The notes: a model not told the origin generated them from the sequence alone. Counted from the first letter of the stretch, positions 43,743 to 54,242 are shown. The stretch is 55,500 nucleotides of DNA from an uncultured Gemmatimonadaceae bacterium (GCA_964605205.1 CAZSBL010000004.1:1-55500); one strand, 5' to 3'. Numbers and translations are program-made.

Positions 43743-45112
43743 GGGATCCTCCAGAACAGGATGAGCGGGCGAGGTCGGGTGAGGACGATGGGGATCCGGA
43801 CCACCTGGCCCACCCCCGTCCCCGCCGTGGTCTCCGTGGTCTCCACCGTGGAGGTCTGGGTGGAGGTGTTGCTGGTGCCCGTGGCGCTGGCGCCCGTCTC
43901 CGTGGCGGCCGCCCCGGCCGGGACCGTGGCGTTCACCAGCTGGTCGATGGGTGATGCGGCCGCCGTCGGCGGTGGCGCGGGGTCCCCGCCCCCGGGGCCG
44001 ACCTCCGCCGCCAGCTCGGAGGTTGCCTGCTGCGTGACCTGCGACATCCTGGTAGTGCCCGCTCGCCGCGACTGTGTCGCCGCCTGCCTCGCCGCGTTGA
44101 ACCCCGGGTCCAGCTGGACGGCGTTGTCGAACCGGGCCGCCGCGGCGTCGTAGCGGCCGGCGTCGAGGAGCTGGAGCCCCTCGCTGTAGGCCAGGAACGC
44201 CTGCAGGTTCCGTGTGGGCTTGTCCTCGAGCCGGGCGATCTCAGTGGACGTCAGCTCGATCCCCAGCTGCCGGTAGATCTGGAGCGCCAGCTGCACCTCC
44301 ATCTCCATCAAACGCTCCAGCACGCCCGACTCCGTGGCCTCGCCCGTGGGCTCCGCCGCCTCGGCGTTCAGAACCAGCGTCGTGACCCGGGTGTCCTCCC
44401 CGGACTCGTCGATGGCGATCTGACCCTGCACCAGCCGGCCCGCCTGCAGCAGGCGACCCACCCGGGCCGCCGACGCGGCGTCGGTGTAGCCGCCCAGCGC
44501 CAGCTTGGCCTCTTCCATCAGCGCCGACAGCTGCGCCCGCTCCAGCACCGTGAGCCGGTCCGTAAGGCTCAGGTCCGTGGTCAGCAGCTCCGCCAGCCCC
44601 ACGCCCAGCGGCCGGTACCGCTCGGGGCCGTCGACGATGAGCGGGATCACGCCCACCGTGGCCGGGTCCAGCTCGCCCACCAGCGCCTGCTCCCGGGCCA
44701 GCGCGTCCCGGGCCCGCCGCTCCAGCAGCTCCTGGCTCACCACTGTGAGCCGCGCCTCCACCGACCCGGCCGCGTCCTCACCGCCCTCGTCCAGGTAGGT
44801 CCGGTACGCTTCGGCGGCGCCCTCGATGTCGCCCGTCTCCTCCCGCCATGTGCCCAGGTGCGCCCACGCGGCCACCGGCGTGCCTGGCAGCTCCGCCGAC
44901 CGCTCCAGCGCCTCCCGGGCCTCGTTCGGCCGGTCCGCGGCGCCGTACGCCACCCCCAGCCGTGCCCACGCCCGGGCGTCGTTCGGGTCCTCCGACGTCA
45001 CCCGCTCCAGCTCCGGGATCTCGTCGGGGGAGACCGTGCCCATGCCCATCCCGGCCCCACAGCCGGCCAGGAACAGGGATACGCCAACAAGGAGAATCGC
45101 TCGGCTCGACAT
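43739..45112 (-). CDS. TPR plus CsgG/FlgO-like lipoprotein
   Basis: Lipobox LAGC; N-terminal TPRs; TVLERAQL, VGRLLQAGRLVQG; C-terminal TPR and Thr/Ala-rich tail. Confidence 0.82.
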   Translation of the reverse strand: MSSRAILLVGVSLFLAGCGAGMGMGTVSPDEIPELERVTSEDPNDARAWARLGVAYGAADRPNEAREALERSAELPGTPVAAWAHLGTWREETGDIEGAAEAYRTYLDEGGEDAAGSVEARLTVVSQELLERRARDALAREQALVGELDPATVGVIPLIVDGPERYRPLGVGLAELLTTDLSLTDRLTVLERAQLSALMEEAKLALGGYTDAASAARVGRLLQAGRLVQGQIAIDESGEDTRVTTLVLNAEAAEPTGEATESGVLERLMEMEVQLALQIYRQLGIELTSTEIARLEDKPTRNLQAFLAYSEGLQLLDAGRYDAAAARFDNAVQLDPGFNAARQAATQSRRAGTTRMSQVTQQATSELAAEVGPGGGDPAPPPTAAASPIDQLVNATVPAGAAATETGASATGTSNTSTQTSTVETTETTAGTGVGQVVRIPIVLTRPRPLILFWRIP

Positions 45113-45251
45113 CGCTGCCTCACGTGGTGCGCAGGGAAGTACGGGGAGAGCCGGAAAGATACGGACAAGCCGTTGCGGCCGTCAACGAACCCGTCGTGCC
45201 GGCGCCACTGCCCCGGGACGAGTTCGACGTTCGACCGCGGCGCCTGCGGCG

Positions 45252-46619
45252 CTACTCCCGCTCGACCACCATGGCGAAGCCCAGCGCACCGGCGGCGCAC
45301 ACGCTGATCAGACCGAACTGCGCGTCCCGGCGCTTCATCTCGTTCAGGAGCGTGGTGGTGACGCGCCCGCCGGTGGCGCCGAAGGGGTGGCCGAGGGCGA
45401 TGGAGCCGCCCATGACGTTGATCCGCTCCTCCGGCAGGATGCCGACCTTGGTCGACCGCCCGAGCCGCTCCCGGGCGAACTCGTCGCTGTCGAGCCACTT
45501 GAGGTTGCTCAGCACCTGGGCGCTGAACGCCTCGTGCATCTCCCAGAGGTCGATGTCGTCCATGGTGAGCCCGGCCCGGTCCAGCGCCTGCGGCACCGCG
45601 AACGCCGGGCCCTGGAGGAGCTGCTCGGCGGGATCCAGCGCGGCGTACGCCCAGCTCCGGATGTACCCCAGCGGCTCCCGGCCCTCGGCCCTCGCCCGCT
45701 CCTCGCTCATGAGCAGCACGGCCGAGCCGCCGTCGGTGAGCCCCGACGAGTTCCCGGCCGTCACGCTCCCGTACTTCCGGTCGAACACCGGCTTCAACGA
45801 GGCCAGCTTCTCCAGCGACGTGTCGGTCCGGATGGTGTTGTCCCGCTCGATCACCTCGTCGTAGTCCGGGCCCAGGTAGACGGGGGTGATCTCGGCGGTC
45901 AGGCGACCGTCCTCCACGCCCTTCGCGGCCAGGTCGTGGCTCCGGAACGCCCACCGGTCCTGCTCCTCCCGGCTGATGTCGTTCAGCTTCGCCATTTTCT
46001 CCGCGCCCTCGCCCATGGTCTCGCCGGTGCTGTACTCGGCGATGGCCGGCGTCTGCGGCGCCAGCTCCCTCGGCCGGAACCCCTTGAACGCCTTCAGCAT
46101 CTGCCCCGCCGACCTGGCGCTGTTCGCCTCCACCAGCCGGTCCCGGAGCTTGTCCGTGACCGTAATGGGGATGTTCGTAAGCGACTCGGCGCCGCCGGCC
46201 ACCACCACGTCGCCCTGCCCCAGCGCGATCTTCCCGGCCCCCGACGTGATGGCCTGGTTCGCGCTGGCGCACGCACGGCTCACCGAGAACGCCGGCACCT
46301 TCGCCGGGATCCCCGCCTGGAGCGCCACCTCCCGGCCGATGTTCGGCGCCTTCACCGAGTGGACCACCGTGCCGTAGATCACCTCGTCCACCTCCGCGCC
46401 TTTCAGCTCGCCGCGGTTGAGCAGCTCCCGCACGGCGACGGCCCCCAGGTCGATGGCCGTCAGGTCCTTGAAGACGGTGCTGGAGCGCACGAACGGCGTC
46501 CGCACCCCCTCCATGATGGCCACCCGCCGACCGACCCGCCCGGCGGAGACCTTCTCCCCACCGCCCTCGGCCCGCTCGTCCTCGCCCGCCGGCCTCGCGT
46601 CCGTATGGTGCTCCGCCAT
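45252..46619 (-). CDS. fadI: Acetyl-CoA C-acyltransferase (FadI/TFE-beta-type thiolase)
   Basis: GVRTPF, RACASAN, MHEAFS, GHPFGATG, CAAG. Confidence 0.88.
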   Translation of the reverse strand: MAEHHTDARPAGEDERAEGGGEKVSAGRVGRRVAIMEGVRTPFVRSSTVFKDLTAIDLGAVAVRELLNRGELKGAEVDEVIYGTVVHSVKAPNIGREVALQAGIPAKVPAFSVSRACASANQAITSGAGKIALGQGDVVVAGGAESLTNIPITVTDKLRDRLVEANSARSAGQMLKAFKGFRPRELAPQTPAIAEYSTGETMGEGAEKMAKLNDISREEQDRWAFRSHDLAAKGVEDGRLTAEITPVYLGPDYDEVIERDNTIRTDTSLEKLASLKPVFDRKYGSVTAGNSSGLTDGGSAVLLMSEERARAEGREPLGYIRSWAYAALDPAEQLLQGPAFAVPQALDRAGLTMDDIDLWEMHEAFSAQVLSNLKWLDSDEFARERLGRSTKVGILPEERINVMGGSIALGHPFGATGGRVTTTLLNEMKRRDAQFGLISVCAAGALGFAMVVERE

Positions 46620-46871
46620 CCGCTGCCTCCCGTTCTGCGCGCGTGTGCCCTCCACTCCTGGCAATCCCCACGCCAGGGCTGAAGCTGGGAGTGCCCCTCG
46701 CCGACGGCAAGGAAGACGGCAACAGCTCAACGCGGAAACGCGGCCTCGCCCCGCATCCGGCCATTCGCCGGGAACGTGGCCCCGCCCGTCGTCGCCGTTG
46801 ACCCCCATCCCGCGGATGCGTAACGTGCCGGTCACGAGCCCACGGCACCCCAGCCCTGTCGAGGATACCCC

Positions 46872-48185
46872 GTGAACGCCACGCCGACGCTCCAGCTCCG
46901 GCCGGCCGAGCCCGAAGACATCCGTCCGCTGGCCCACCTCTGGCACGACGCCTTCCCCGGCAAACGCACCGTCGGGGAGCGGATCCGCATGCTGGAGACG
47001 GGCGGCCGCTACGGCGGTCTCGAGACCGTGATGGTGGCCGAGGAGCCGGACCAGGGGATCTCCGGCGCGGCCAAGATCTACCGGATGACCGAGTACGTCG
47101 CCGGCGCGCCCATGCCGATGATGGGGCTCGCCGCGGTGGCCGTGGCGCCGCCCCGTCGCCGGCGCGGGATCGGCGCCCGGCTCTGCGCCGAGGCCATCGA
47201 CGCCGCCGTGGCTCGGGGCGACGTGGTCAGCGTCCTCTACCCATTCCGCCCCGACTACTACGACCGCCTGGGGTGGGGGCTGGTGGGCGAGCTCCACGAG
47301 TACCGGTTCCACACGGAGGCGCTGGCCGCCGAGAACGGCGACCGGGTCCGCACCGCGGACCTCGAGCACGACGCCCGCGCCATCGCCTCCTGCTACGCCC
47401 GGGTGGCCGAGGGCTCGAACGGCCCCATCGAGCGCGACCGCCAGGTGTGGGCCTACCGGCTCACCGGCGAGGACCTGGGCGTGGTGCCCGTGGACGCCGA
47501 GGCCATCTGGACCGCCCGCACGGAGCCCGAGATCCGCCCCGTGGTCTACGACGACGACGGCACCATCACCGGCTACGCGCTCCTGCGCTACGTGCAGAAC
47601 GAGACCCCCGAGGAGCACACCCTCCAGGTCCGCGAGCTCATCGCCGAGGACGAGGCCGCCTATCGCGGGCTCCTGGCCCATATCGGCGGCCAGTCCGACC
47701 AGTGGCCCCGGTGCACCCACTACGCCCGCCCCGACGAGCGCTTCGGCGACTTCCTCACCGATCCTCGCCCGCCACGCTACCAGGGCGCCCGGTCGCTCTA
47801 CTTCCCGACCGCCCGCATCGTCCGCGGCCCCATGCTCCGGGTCCTCGATGTCCCCGGCGCCCTCCGCGCCCGCCGCTTCTTCGCCAACGGCGGCGACGAG
47901 CCCGCCACCCTGGAGCTCACCGTACAGGACCCCCAGCGACCCGCCAACGCCGGCCCCTGGACCGTGCGCCTGGAGGGTGGGGCCGCCGATGTGGAGGCGG
48001 GCGAGCCGTCGTCGCCCGACGCCGTCCTCGAGACCGACGCCGCCACCTTCGCCCGCATCTTCACCGGCGAGATCCCGCCTACCACCGCCGCCGCCCAGCG
48101 CCGCGCCCGCGTCCACGGCCGGACCGGGGTCCTCAACCGGGCGTTCGCCACCCGCCAGAGGTTCTGGCTCCTCGACGAGTTCTGA
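46872..48185 (+). CDS. Eis-family GNAT acetyltransferase with C-terminal SCP2 domain
   Basis: VAVAPPRRRRGIG, VLYPF...YDRLGW, RVLDVPGAL, terminal DEF. Confidence 0.9.
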   Translation: MNATPTLQLRPAEPEDIRPLAHLWHDAFPGKRTVGERIRMLETGGRYGGLETVMVAEEPDQGISGAAKIYRMTEYVAGAPMPMMGLAAVAVAPPRRRRGIGARLCAEAIDAAVARGDVVSVLYPFRPDYYDRLGWGLVGELHEYRFHTEALAAENGDRVRTADLEHDARAIASCYARVAEGSNGPIERDRQVWAYRLTGEDLGVVPVDAEAIWTARTEPEIRPVVYDDDGTITGYALLRYVQNETPEEHTLQVRELIAEDEAAYRGLLAHIGGQSDQWPRCTHYARPDERFGDFLTDPRPPRYQGARSLYFPTARIVRGPMLRVLDVPGALRARRFFANGGDEPATLELTVQDPQRPANAGPWTVRLEGGAADVEAGEPSSPDAVLETDAATFARIFTGEIPPTTAAAQRRARVHGRTGVLNRAFATRQRFWLLDEF

Positions 48186-48186
48186 A

Positions 48187-48223
48187 ACGCGGAGGCGCGG
48201 AGGGCGCGAAGGGCGCGAAGGGC
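48187..48223 (+). repeat. Short tandem GCGCG(G/A)AG repeats
   Basis: ACGCGGAG GCGCGGAG G GCGCGAAG G GCGCGAAG; same core as the 21715 element. Confidence 0.7.
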
Positions 48224-48286
48224 CGCCGAGGGTGGCGGGCGGCTCGAGGGTGCCGGGTTTGGGCAGAGGGCCGGCGCGAGGGGGGA

Positions 48287-48333
48287 ACGGTAGAGTAGGG
48301 GCCAGGGACAACCCCTGGCCCCTACTCTACCGT
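48287..48333. repeat. Perfect 21-bp inverted repeat (GTAG-type REP-like hairpin, possible bidirectional terminator)
   Basis: ACGGTAGAGTAGGGGCCAGGG-ACAAC-CCCTGGCCCCTACTCTACCGT between convergent genes. Confidence 0.85.
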
Positions 48334-48397
48334 CTTCCGGTGTGAAGCGGTTCCAAACGTAGCTTCAGCCGGCGAGCCTGGGGCCCCGCCGCGAACG

Positions 48398-48868
48398 TCA
48401 GCCGTCCGTCGTGGCCAGCTCCGAGGTGCAGTGCGGGCACCGGGTCGCCGCCATGGGCACCAGCATCAGGCAGTACGGGCACTTCTCGTTGGTGGGTGGG
48501 GGCGGCGGGCCTTCCTCCTTCCGGCGCACGGAGTTGATGGCCCGGACCAGCATGAAGACCGCCGCCGCGATGATCAGGAAGGTGACGATGGAGTTCAGGA
48601 AGAGCCCGTAGTTCAGCGTCACCGCGCCCGCCTCCTGCGCCGCCTGGAGCGTCAGGTACGGCGGCGGCGAGGTCCCTTCCCGGAGCACCACGAACAGGTT
48701 GGCGAAGTCCGCCTGGTTCAGGACCAGCCCCGCCACCGGCATGATGACGTCGTTGACCAGCGACCGGGCGATGGCGCCGAACGCCGCGCCCACGGCGATC
48801 CCCACGGCCATGTCCACCACGCTGCCCCGCGCGATGAACTCCCGGAACTCCTCGACGATCGATTTCAT
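48398..48868 (-). CDS. mscL: Large-conductance mechanosensitive channel with C-terminal zinc ribbon
   Basis: EFREFIARGSVVDMAVG, NYGLFLNSIVTF; tail CPYC..CPHC. Confidence 0.95.
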   Translation of the reverse strand: MKSIVEEFREFIARGSVVDMAVGIAVGAAFGAIARSLVNDVIMPVAGLVLNQADFANLFVVLREGTSPPPYLTLQAAQEAGAVTLNYGLFLNSIVTFLIIAAAVFMLVRAINSVRRKEEGPPPPPTNEKCPYCLMLVPMAATRCPHCTSELATTDG

Positions 48869-49170
48869 GGGCTGCGGCTGCTCAGGTCGGACGAGGCGAC
48901 GATGCTGCCGTCGCGATTCATCGCGCAGGGAGCGTGCCGGGCGGGGCAGCGCTCACGGGCGATGTTCTCACACCGGAACGCGCGGAATTCGCGGGAGGTT
49001 CGCGGAAAGGCTCCCGGGCGCTCCGCCGCCATTCCGGTGTGGAGCTGTTCCGAGTGCCGCCTTGCCAAGAAGCCGGAGGCCCTGCCGGCAACCCGGCCTC
49101 CACCGGTCCCCACTCAAATCTTAGTTCTTAGATCTCAGATCTAAGATCCCGCTGACAAGGGCAAAGACGC

Positions 49171-49659
49171 TCAGCCCTCCTGGTCCTTTACCGCCTCCTC
49201 GAACGCGTTCCACCCGAGCAGCGCGCACTTCACCCGCGTCGGGAACTGGCTCACGCCCTGGAGCGCACGGGCGTCCTTCAGCTCCTTGCTCTTCGCCGCG
49301 TCGCCGTCGCCGTGCATCATCTGCTTGAAGATCTCGCCGATCCTGCGGCCCTCCTCCACCGGCTGACCTTTCAGGATCTGGGTCATCATGGAGATCGACG
49401 ACTGGCTGATCGAGCACCCCTCACCCTCGAACGCCACGTCCTCTACCACCCCGCCCGCCACATTCAGGTACAGGTGGACCGCGTCGCCGCACGTGGGGTT
49501 GTTCATGGTCACGTCCACGGTGAAGTCATCCAGCGACCCCTTGTTCCGCGGCCGCTTGTAGTGCTCCAGGATGATGTCCTGGAACAGGTCACCGAGGTCC
49601 GGTGTGGATCGATCGATGGGCTCGTTCACGTCGTTCCGTCCTTCTCCGTCTGCCTTCAT
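49171..49659 (-). CDS. sufU: SUF system NifU-family Fe-S assembly protein
   Basis: ILEHYKRPRN, NPTCGD, GCSISQSS, RVKCALL. The start may be GTG 49629. Confidence 0.93.
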   Translation of the reverse strand: MKADGEGRNDVNEPIDRSTPDLGDLFQDIILEHYKRPRNKGSLDDFTVDVTMNNPTCGDAVHLYLNVAGGVVEDVAFEGEGCSISQSSISMMTQILKGQPVEEGRRIGEIFKQMMHGDGDAAKSKELKDARALQGVSQFPTRVKCALLGWNAFEEAVKDQEG

Positions 49660-49903
49660 GATCAGGCGACGACGATGCCGCCGGACTCCGAGGATGACGC
49701 ACGCTCGTCCCGCTACGCAATCCGCCGGTGGAGTGAAACCCCGATGGCCGGGATGTGGTCCAAGCCCGGATCCTGGCCATGGCGTTGCCCGGGTCCCGGG
49801 CCCCTCTTGTACTTGTAGTTGTAATCGTAGCTTGTAATGAAGGCCGGAGGCTTGCCGGCAGGGCCGAGGGTCACGGCTCGCGGGCGCGCCTCCGCGCCTG
49901 CTC

Positions 49904-51193
49904 CTACCCGAAAATCGCCGACGCCTTGCCGAGCCCCGCCGCCAGCCGGTCGATGTCCTCTGTGGTGTTGTAGACCCAGCAGCTCGCCCGCGTGGTGGCC
50001 GGCACGCCCAGCCGGCGCATCAGCGGCTGCGTGCAGTGGTGGCCCGCCCGGACTGCCACGTGCTCGGAGTCCAGGATCGTGGCCACGTCGTGGGGGTGCA
50101 CGCCCTCGAGCTTGAAGCTGAACACGGCGATCCGGTCGGTAGCGTCGGGCGGGCCGAAGACGGTGAGGCCGGGGACGGCGTTGAGCTTCTCCAGCCCGTA
50201 CTCCACCAGCGAGGTCTCGTGGGCCTCCACGGCCTCGGCGCCCAGCTCGTTCAGGAAGTCCACCGCGGCGGCCATGCCCACGGCGCCGGCCACGTTGGGG
50301 GTGCCGGCCTCGAACTTGTGGGGCACCTCGGCCCAGGTGCTGTGGTCGTCCTCCACCAGGTCGATCATCTCGCCGCCGCCCTGGTACGGCGGCATGGCCT
50401 CCAGCAGCTCCTTGCGGGCCCAGAGCGCGCCGATCCCCATGGGGCCGCCCATCTTGTGGCCGCTGAGGGCGTAGAAGTCGGCGCCCAGACTCTGGACGTC
50501 CACTGGCAGGTGCGGCGCACCCTGGGCGCCGTCCACCAGCACCAGCGCGCCCACGGCGTGGGCCCGCTCGGCGACCTCGGCCACCGGGTTGATGGTGCCC
50601 AGCGCGTTGGACGCGTGGTTGAGGGCCACGAGCTTCGTGCGGCTGCCGAGCATCTCATCGAGTTGGTCGAGGCGGAGGCGGCCGTCGTCGTCTACATCGA
50701 CGTACCTGATCGTGGCACCGACGCGGCCGGCCAGGAGCTGCCAGGGGACGATGTTGGAGTGGTGGTCGAGGCGGGTCAGGACGATCTCGTCGCCCTCGCC
50801 GATGTGCTCGCTGCCCCACGTGCCCGCCACCAGGTTGATGGACTCGGTGGTGCCCCGGGTCCAGACCACTTCGCTGGCGTCGGGCGCGTTCAGGAAATCG
50901 GCCACGGTCACGCGGGCGGCCTCGAACCGGTCGGTGGCCCGCCGGGAGAGGTCGTAGATCCCCCGGTGCACGTTGGCGTTTTCCGACCGGTAGAAGGTGC
51001 TGATCGCCTCGACCACGCGTTCGGGCCGCTGGGCGGTGGCGGCGCTGTCGAGGTAGACCAGCCGCTGGTCCTCGTAGCTGTCGAGGATCGGGAACCGGGC
51101 CCGGACGATCTCGGGGTCGAACGAAGAAGGGCCGCGGTCGATGGCTTCCGCCGCGACGGTGGCCCCGTCAGCATGCTGCTGTGTGTCAGTCAT
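49904..51193 (-). CDS. sufS: Cysteine desulfurase, group II
   Basis: YLDSAAT, NVHRG, SGHKM, FEAGTP, VRAGHHC. Confidence 0.96.
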   Translation of the reverse strand: MTDTQQHADGATVAAEAIDRGPSSFDPEIVRARFPILDSYEDQRLVYLDSAATAQRPERVVEAISTFYRSENANVHRGIYDLSRRATDRFEAARVTVADFLNAPDASEVVWTRGTTESINLVAGTWGSEHIGEGDEIVLTRLDHHSNIVPWQLLAGRVGATIRYVDVDDDGRLRLDQLDEMLGSRTKLVALNHASNALGTINPVAEVAERAHAVGALVLVDGAQGAPHLPVDVQSLGADFYALSGHKMGGPMGIGALWARKELLEAMPPYQGGGEMIDLVEDDHSTWAEVPHKFEAGTPNVAGAVGMAAAVDFLNELGAEAVEAHETSLVEYGLEKLNAVPGLTVFGPPDATDRIAVFSFKLEGVHPHDVATILDSEHVAVRAGHHCTQPLMRRLGVPATTRASCWVYNTTEDIDRLAAGLGKASAIFG

Positions 51194-51194
51194 C

Positions 51195-51512
51195 TCATCC
51201 CAGGTCTACGAGGATGTCGCCGTCCTCCACCTTCACCTCGTACGACGGTACCGGCTTGATGGCGGGCAGCGCCACCGCCTTCCCCGTCTTCACGTTGAAC
51301 TTGGCGCCGTGGTAGATGCACTCGACGCGCTCGTGGTCGTCCAAGAGCTCGCCATCGCTCAGAGGATAATCCTCGTGGGAGCACTGGTCCTTCAGCGCGT
51401 AGTAAGCACCATCGCCGGTGGCGACCAGGACGATCTTCTGGCCGTCGATCTCCAGGTCGAGGAGCCCTCGCTTCGGGACCTCGTCCACGGCGGCCGCTTT
51501 GACGAACGCCAT
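51195..51512 (-). CDS. Rieske-type [2Fe-2S] ferredoxin
   Basis: CSHE..CIYHG motif; TGATG overlap with sufD. Confidence 0.92.
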   Translation of the reverse strand: MAFVKAAAVDEVPKRGLLDLEIDGQKIVLVATGDGAYYALKDQCSHEDYPLSDGELLDDHERVECIYHGAKFNVKTGKAVALPAIKPVPSYEVKVEDGDILVDLG

Positions 51513-52834
51513 CAGCGGATCTTCGCCTCGATGGCGCCCTTCAGCTCCTCCACCACGCCGGGCAGCGGGAGCCGGTCCAGGACCTCGCCGAAGAAGCCGA
51601 AGATCACCAGACGCTCCGCCGATTCCCGGTCCAGCCCGCGGCTCATGAGGTAGAAGAGCTCCTCGTCGTCGAGCTGGCCCACGGTGGCGCCGTGGGAGCA
51701 CTTCACGTCGTCGGCCTCGATCTCCAGGTTCGGCAGGCTGACGGCCTCGGCATCCTCGCTCAACAGGATGTTCCGGTTGGTCTGGTACGCGTCGGTCCGC
51801 TGCGCGCCCTCGTGGACGCGGATGATGCCCCGGAAGATGGCCTTGGAGGTGTCGTAGAGTGCGCCCTTGTAAAGCAGGTCGCTCTGCGCCTGCTCGCTGA
51901 CGTGGTCCTGCCGGGTGTTGTGGTCGAAGTGCTGATGGCCGCGGGCGAAGTAGAGCCCGAGCATGTCGCTCCGGGCGCCGGGGCCCTCGAGCCGGGCGTT
52001 CAGGTCCACCCGGGCCACGGTGGCGCCGAGGTTGACCACCAGTGTGTCGAGGTTCGCGTCGCGCTGGGCCAGCGTCCGCTGCATCGACAGGTGCCTCACG
52101 CCGTCGCCCCACTGCTGCATGGCCACATACTGGACGTCGGCCGCCCGGTCGGCGATGACCTCCACGGCGCCCAGCGAGAGCGTCGGCGCCTCGAAGTCCG
52201 GGCTGCCGAACTCGTCGACGTACGCCACGTGGCTGTTGGCGCCGGCCACGATCAGCGTGCGGGGGAAGTGGGCCTGGCCCTCGCCGCTCTCCGGGATCCA
52301 CCGGGCCACCCGGATCGGCTTCTCCACCACCACGCCATCGGGCACGTGGACGAAGATCCCGCCCGTCCAGAGCGCACCGTTCAGCGCCGCCAGCCTGTCC
52401 TGGTCCATGGCCACGGCGCTGCCGAGCTGGGCCCGGACCAGCTCCGGGTGCTCCACGGCGGCACGGTCCAGCTCCATGACGAGGACGCCCTGGTCGGCCA
52501 CGGCGGGGTCGACGTCGATGTCCACGACAGACGACCCGATCACCAGCACCTTCGCGGCGGCCTCCCGGCCCTCCAGCAGCGCCCGGGCCTCCGCCGGGGC
52601 CTCGCCCTCGAACGGGCCGGCCCGGGCGACGCCGTCGAGCTTCAGCTGCGCCACATCGGTATAGCGCCATTCCTCCAGCTTTCGGGTGGGCATGGGGAGC
52701 GATTCCCATGCCTCCCACGCCGCTTCCCGCAGCCCGGCCAGCCAGTCGGGCTGGGTCTCCAGCCCCGACTGTGCCTCGCTTCTTTCGATATTCATCAGGC
52801 CCTCAATCTGTGGGGCCACGGCGACATCAGCCAA
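51512..52834 (-). CDS. sufD: Fe-S cluster assembly protein SufD
   Basis: [23 protein letters not shown]. Confidence 0.93.
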   Translation of the reverse strand: MADVAVAPQIEGLMNIERSEAQSGLETQPDWLAGLREAAWEAWESLPMPTRKLEEWRYTDVAQLKLDGVARAGPFEGEAPAEARALLEGREAAAKVLVIGSSVVDIDVDPAVADQGVLVMELDRAAVEHPELVRAQLGSAVAMDQDRLAALNGALWTGGIFVHVPDGVVVEKPIRVARWIPESGEGQAHFPRTLIVAGANSHVAYVDEFGSPDFEAPTLSLGAVEVIADRAADVQYVAMQQWGDGVRHLSMQRTLAQRDANLDTLVVNLGATVARVDLNARLEGPGARSDMLGLYFARGHQHFDHNTRQDHVSEQAQSDLLYKGALYDTSKAIFRGIIRVHEGAQRTDAYQTNRNILLSEDAEAVSLPNLEIEADDVKCSHGATVGQLDDEELFYLMSRGLDRESAERLVIFGFFGEVLDRLPLPGVVEELKGAIEAKIR

Positions 52835-54242
52835 CGGAGCCCTCCATCTCCAGATCGATGAGTCGGTTCAGCTCCACCGCGTACTCCAGTGGGAGCTCCT
52901 TGCTGATCGGCTCGATGAAGCCGCGCACGATCAGCGCCGCCGCCTCTTCCTCGGCCAGCCCCCGGCTCATGAGATAGAAGAGCTGCTCCTCGCCGATCTT
53001 CGAGACGCTGGCCTCGTGGCCGATGCTCGCCGAGTTCTCCTCGATCTCGATGTACGGGAACGTGTCGGTCCGGCTCGTCTCGTTCAGCAGCAGGGCGTCA
53101 CACTCCACGTTGCTCTTGGCGTTCTTTGCGCCGTCGTAGACCTTGGCCAGCCCCCGGTACGTGCTCCGGCCGGTCCCCACGCTGATGCTCTTGCTGATGA
53201 TCTGCGAGCTCGTGTTCGGCGCGCCGTGGACCACCTTCCCGCCGGTGTCCTGGTGCTGCCCGTCGCCGGCGTAGGCGATGCTCAGGATCGAGCCGTGCGC
53301 GCCCTCGTCCATCAGGTAGCAGCTCGGGTACTTCATGGTGGCCTTCGAGCCCAGGTTGCCGTCGATCCACTCCATGTGGCCGTTGCGGCCCACCATGGCC
53401 CGCTGCGTGACCAGGTTGTACATGTTGTTCGACCAGTTCTGGATGGTCACGTACCGGAACCGGGCGTTGTCCTTCACGATGATCTCGATCACGCCGCTGT
53501 GGAAGCTCTCGGTGCTGTAGACCGGCGCCGTGCACCCCTCGATGTACTGGGCGTCGGCGCCCTCTTCCACGATGATCAGCGTGCGCTCGAACTGGCCCAT
53601 CCGCTCCTGGTTCACCCGGAAGTAGGCCTGCAGCGGCGTCTCCACCTTCACGCCCTTCGGGATGTAGACGAACGAGCCACCCGACCACACCGCCGAGTTC
53701 AGCGCGGCGAACTTGTTGTCCGCCGTGGGGACCACCGTGCCGAAGTGCTCCCGGAAGATTTCCGGGTACTTCCGCAACCCGTCCTCGATGGACTCGAAGA
53801 TGATCCCCTTGTCCTCCCACTCCTTCTTCAGCGAGTGGTAGACCATCTCCGACTCGTACTGGGCGCCCACGCCCGCCAGCACCTTCTGCTCCGCCTCCGG
53901 GATGCCCAGCCGCTCGAACGTTGTCTTGATGTTCTCCGGCACGTCGTCCCACGACCGCTCCATCTTCTCCTGCGGCCGGACGTAGTAGTAGATGCTGTCC
54001 AGCGTCTCATCGAGCGTCGACAGATCCGCGCCCCATGTGGGCATCGGCTTCTTCCGGTAGACCTCGAGCGCCTTCAGCCGGAACTCCAGCATCCACTCCG
54101 GCTCCTCCTTGTTCTTCGAGATCTGACGGACCACGTCCTCGCTCAGACCCGGCTCCGCACGGAAGACCGGCCGGTCCTCCGTCTTGAAGTCGTACTTGTA
54201 CTCCTCGAGTCCGAGGTTCGCTACGGTTTCGTCGTGCGGCAT
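52827..54242 (-). CDS. sufB: Fe-S cluster assembly protein SufB
   Basis: [30 protein letters not shown]. Confidence 0.97.
   Translation of the reverse strand: MPHDETVANLGLEEYKYDFKTEDRPVFRAEPGLSEDVVRQISKNKEEPEWMLEFRLKALEVYRKKPMPTWGADLSTLDETLDSIYYYVRPQEKMERSWDDVPENIKTTFERLGIPEAEQKVLAGVGAQYESEMVYHSLKKEWEDKGIIFESIEDGLRKYPEIFREHFGTVVPTADNKFAALNSAVWSGGSFVYIPKGVKVETPLQAYFRVNQERMGQFERTLIIVEEGADAQYIEGCTAPVYSTESFHSGVIEIIVKDNARFRYVTIQNWSNNMYNLVTQRAMVGRNGHMEWIDGNLGSKATMKYPSCYLMDEGAHGSILSIAYAGDGQHQDTGGKVVHGAPNTSSQIISKSISVGTGRSTYRGLAKVYDGAKNAKSNVECDALLLNETSRTDTFPYIEIEENSASIGHEASVSKIGEEQLFYLMSRGLAEEEAAALIVRGFIEPISKELPLEYAVELNRLIDLEMEGSVG

Noticed and set aside
46620-48311. N-terminal extension making a 1019-aa thiolase fusion
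   Set aside because: The extension is antisense to the Eis gene; the thiolase has its own start at 46619.
49660-49903. Small ORF or gene remnant between sufS and sufU (minus frame reads SYDYNYKYK..LDHIPAIGVSLH)
   Set aside because: No start or RBS, an internal stop, and the Tyr periodicity is explained by the hexamer repeat.
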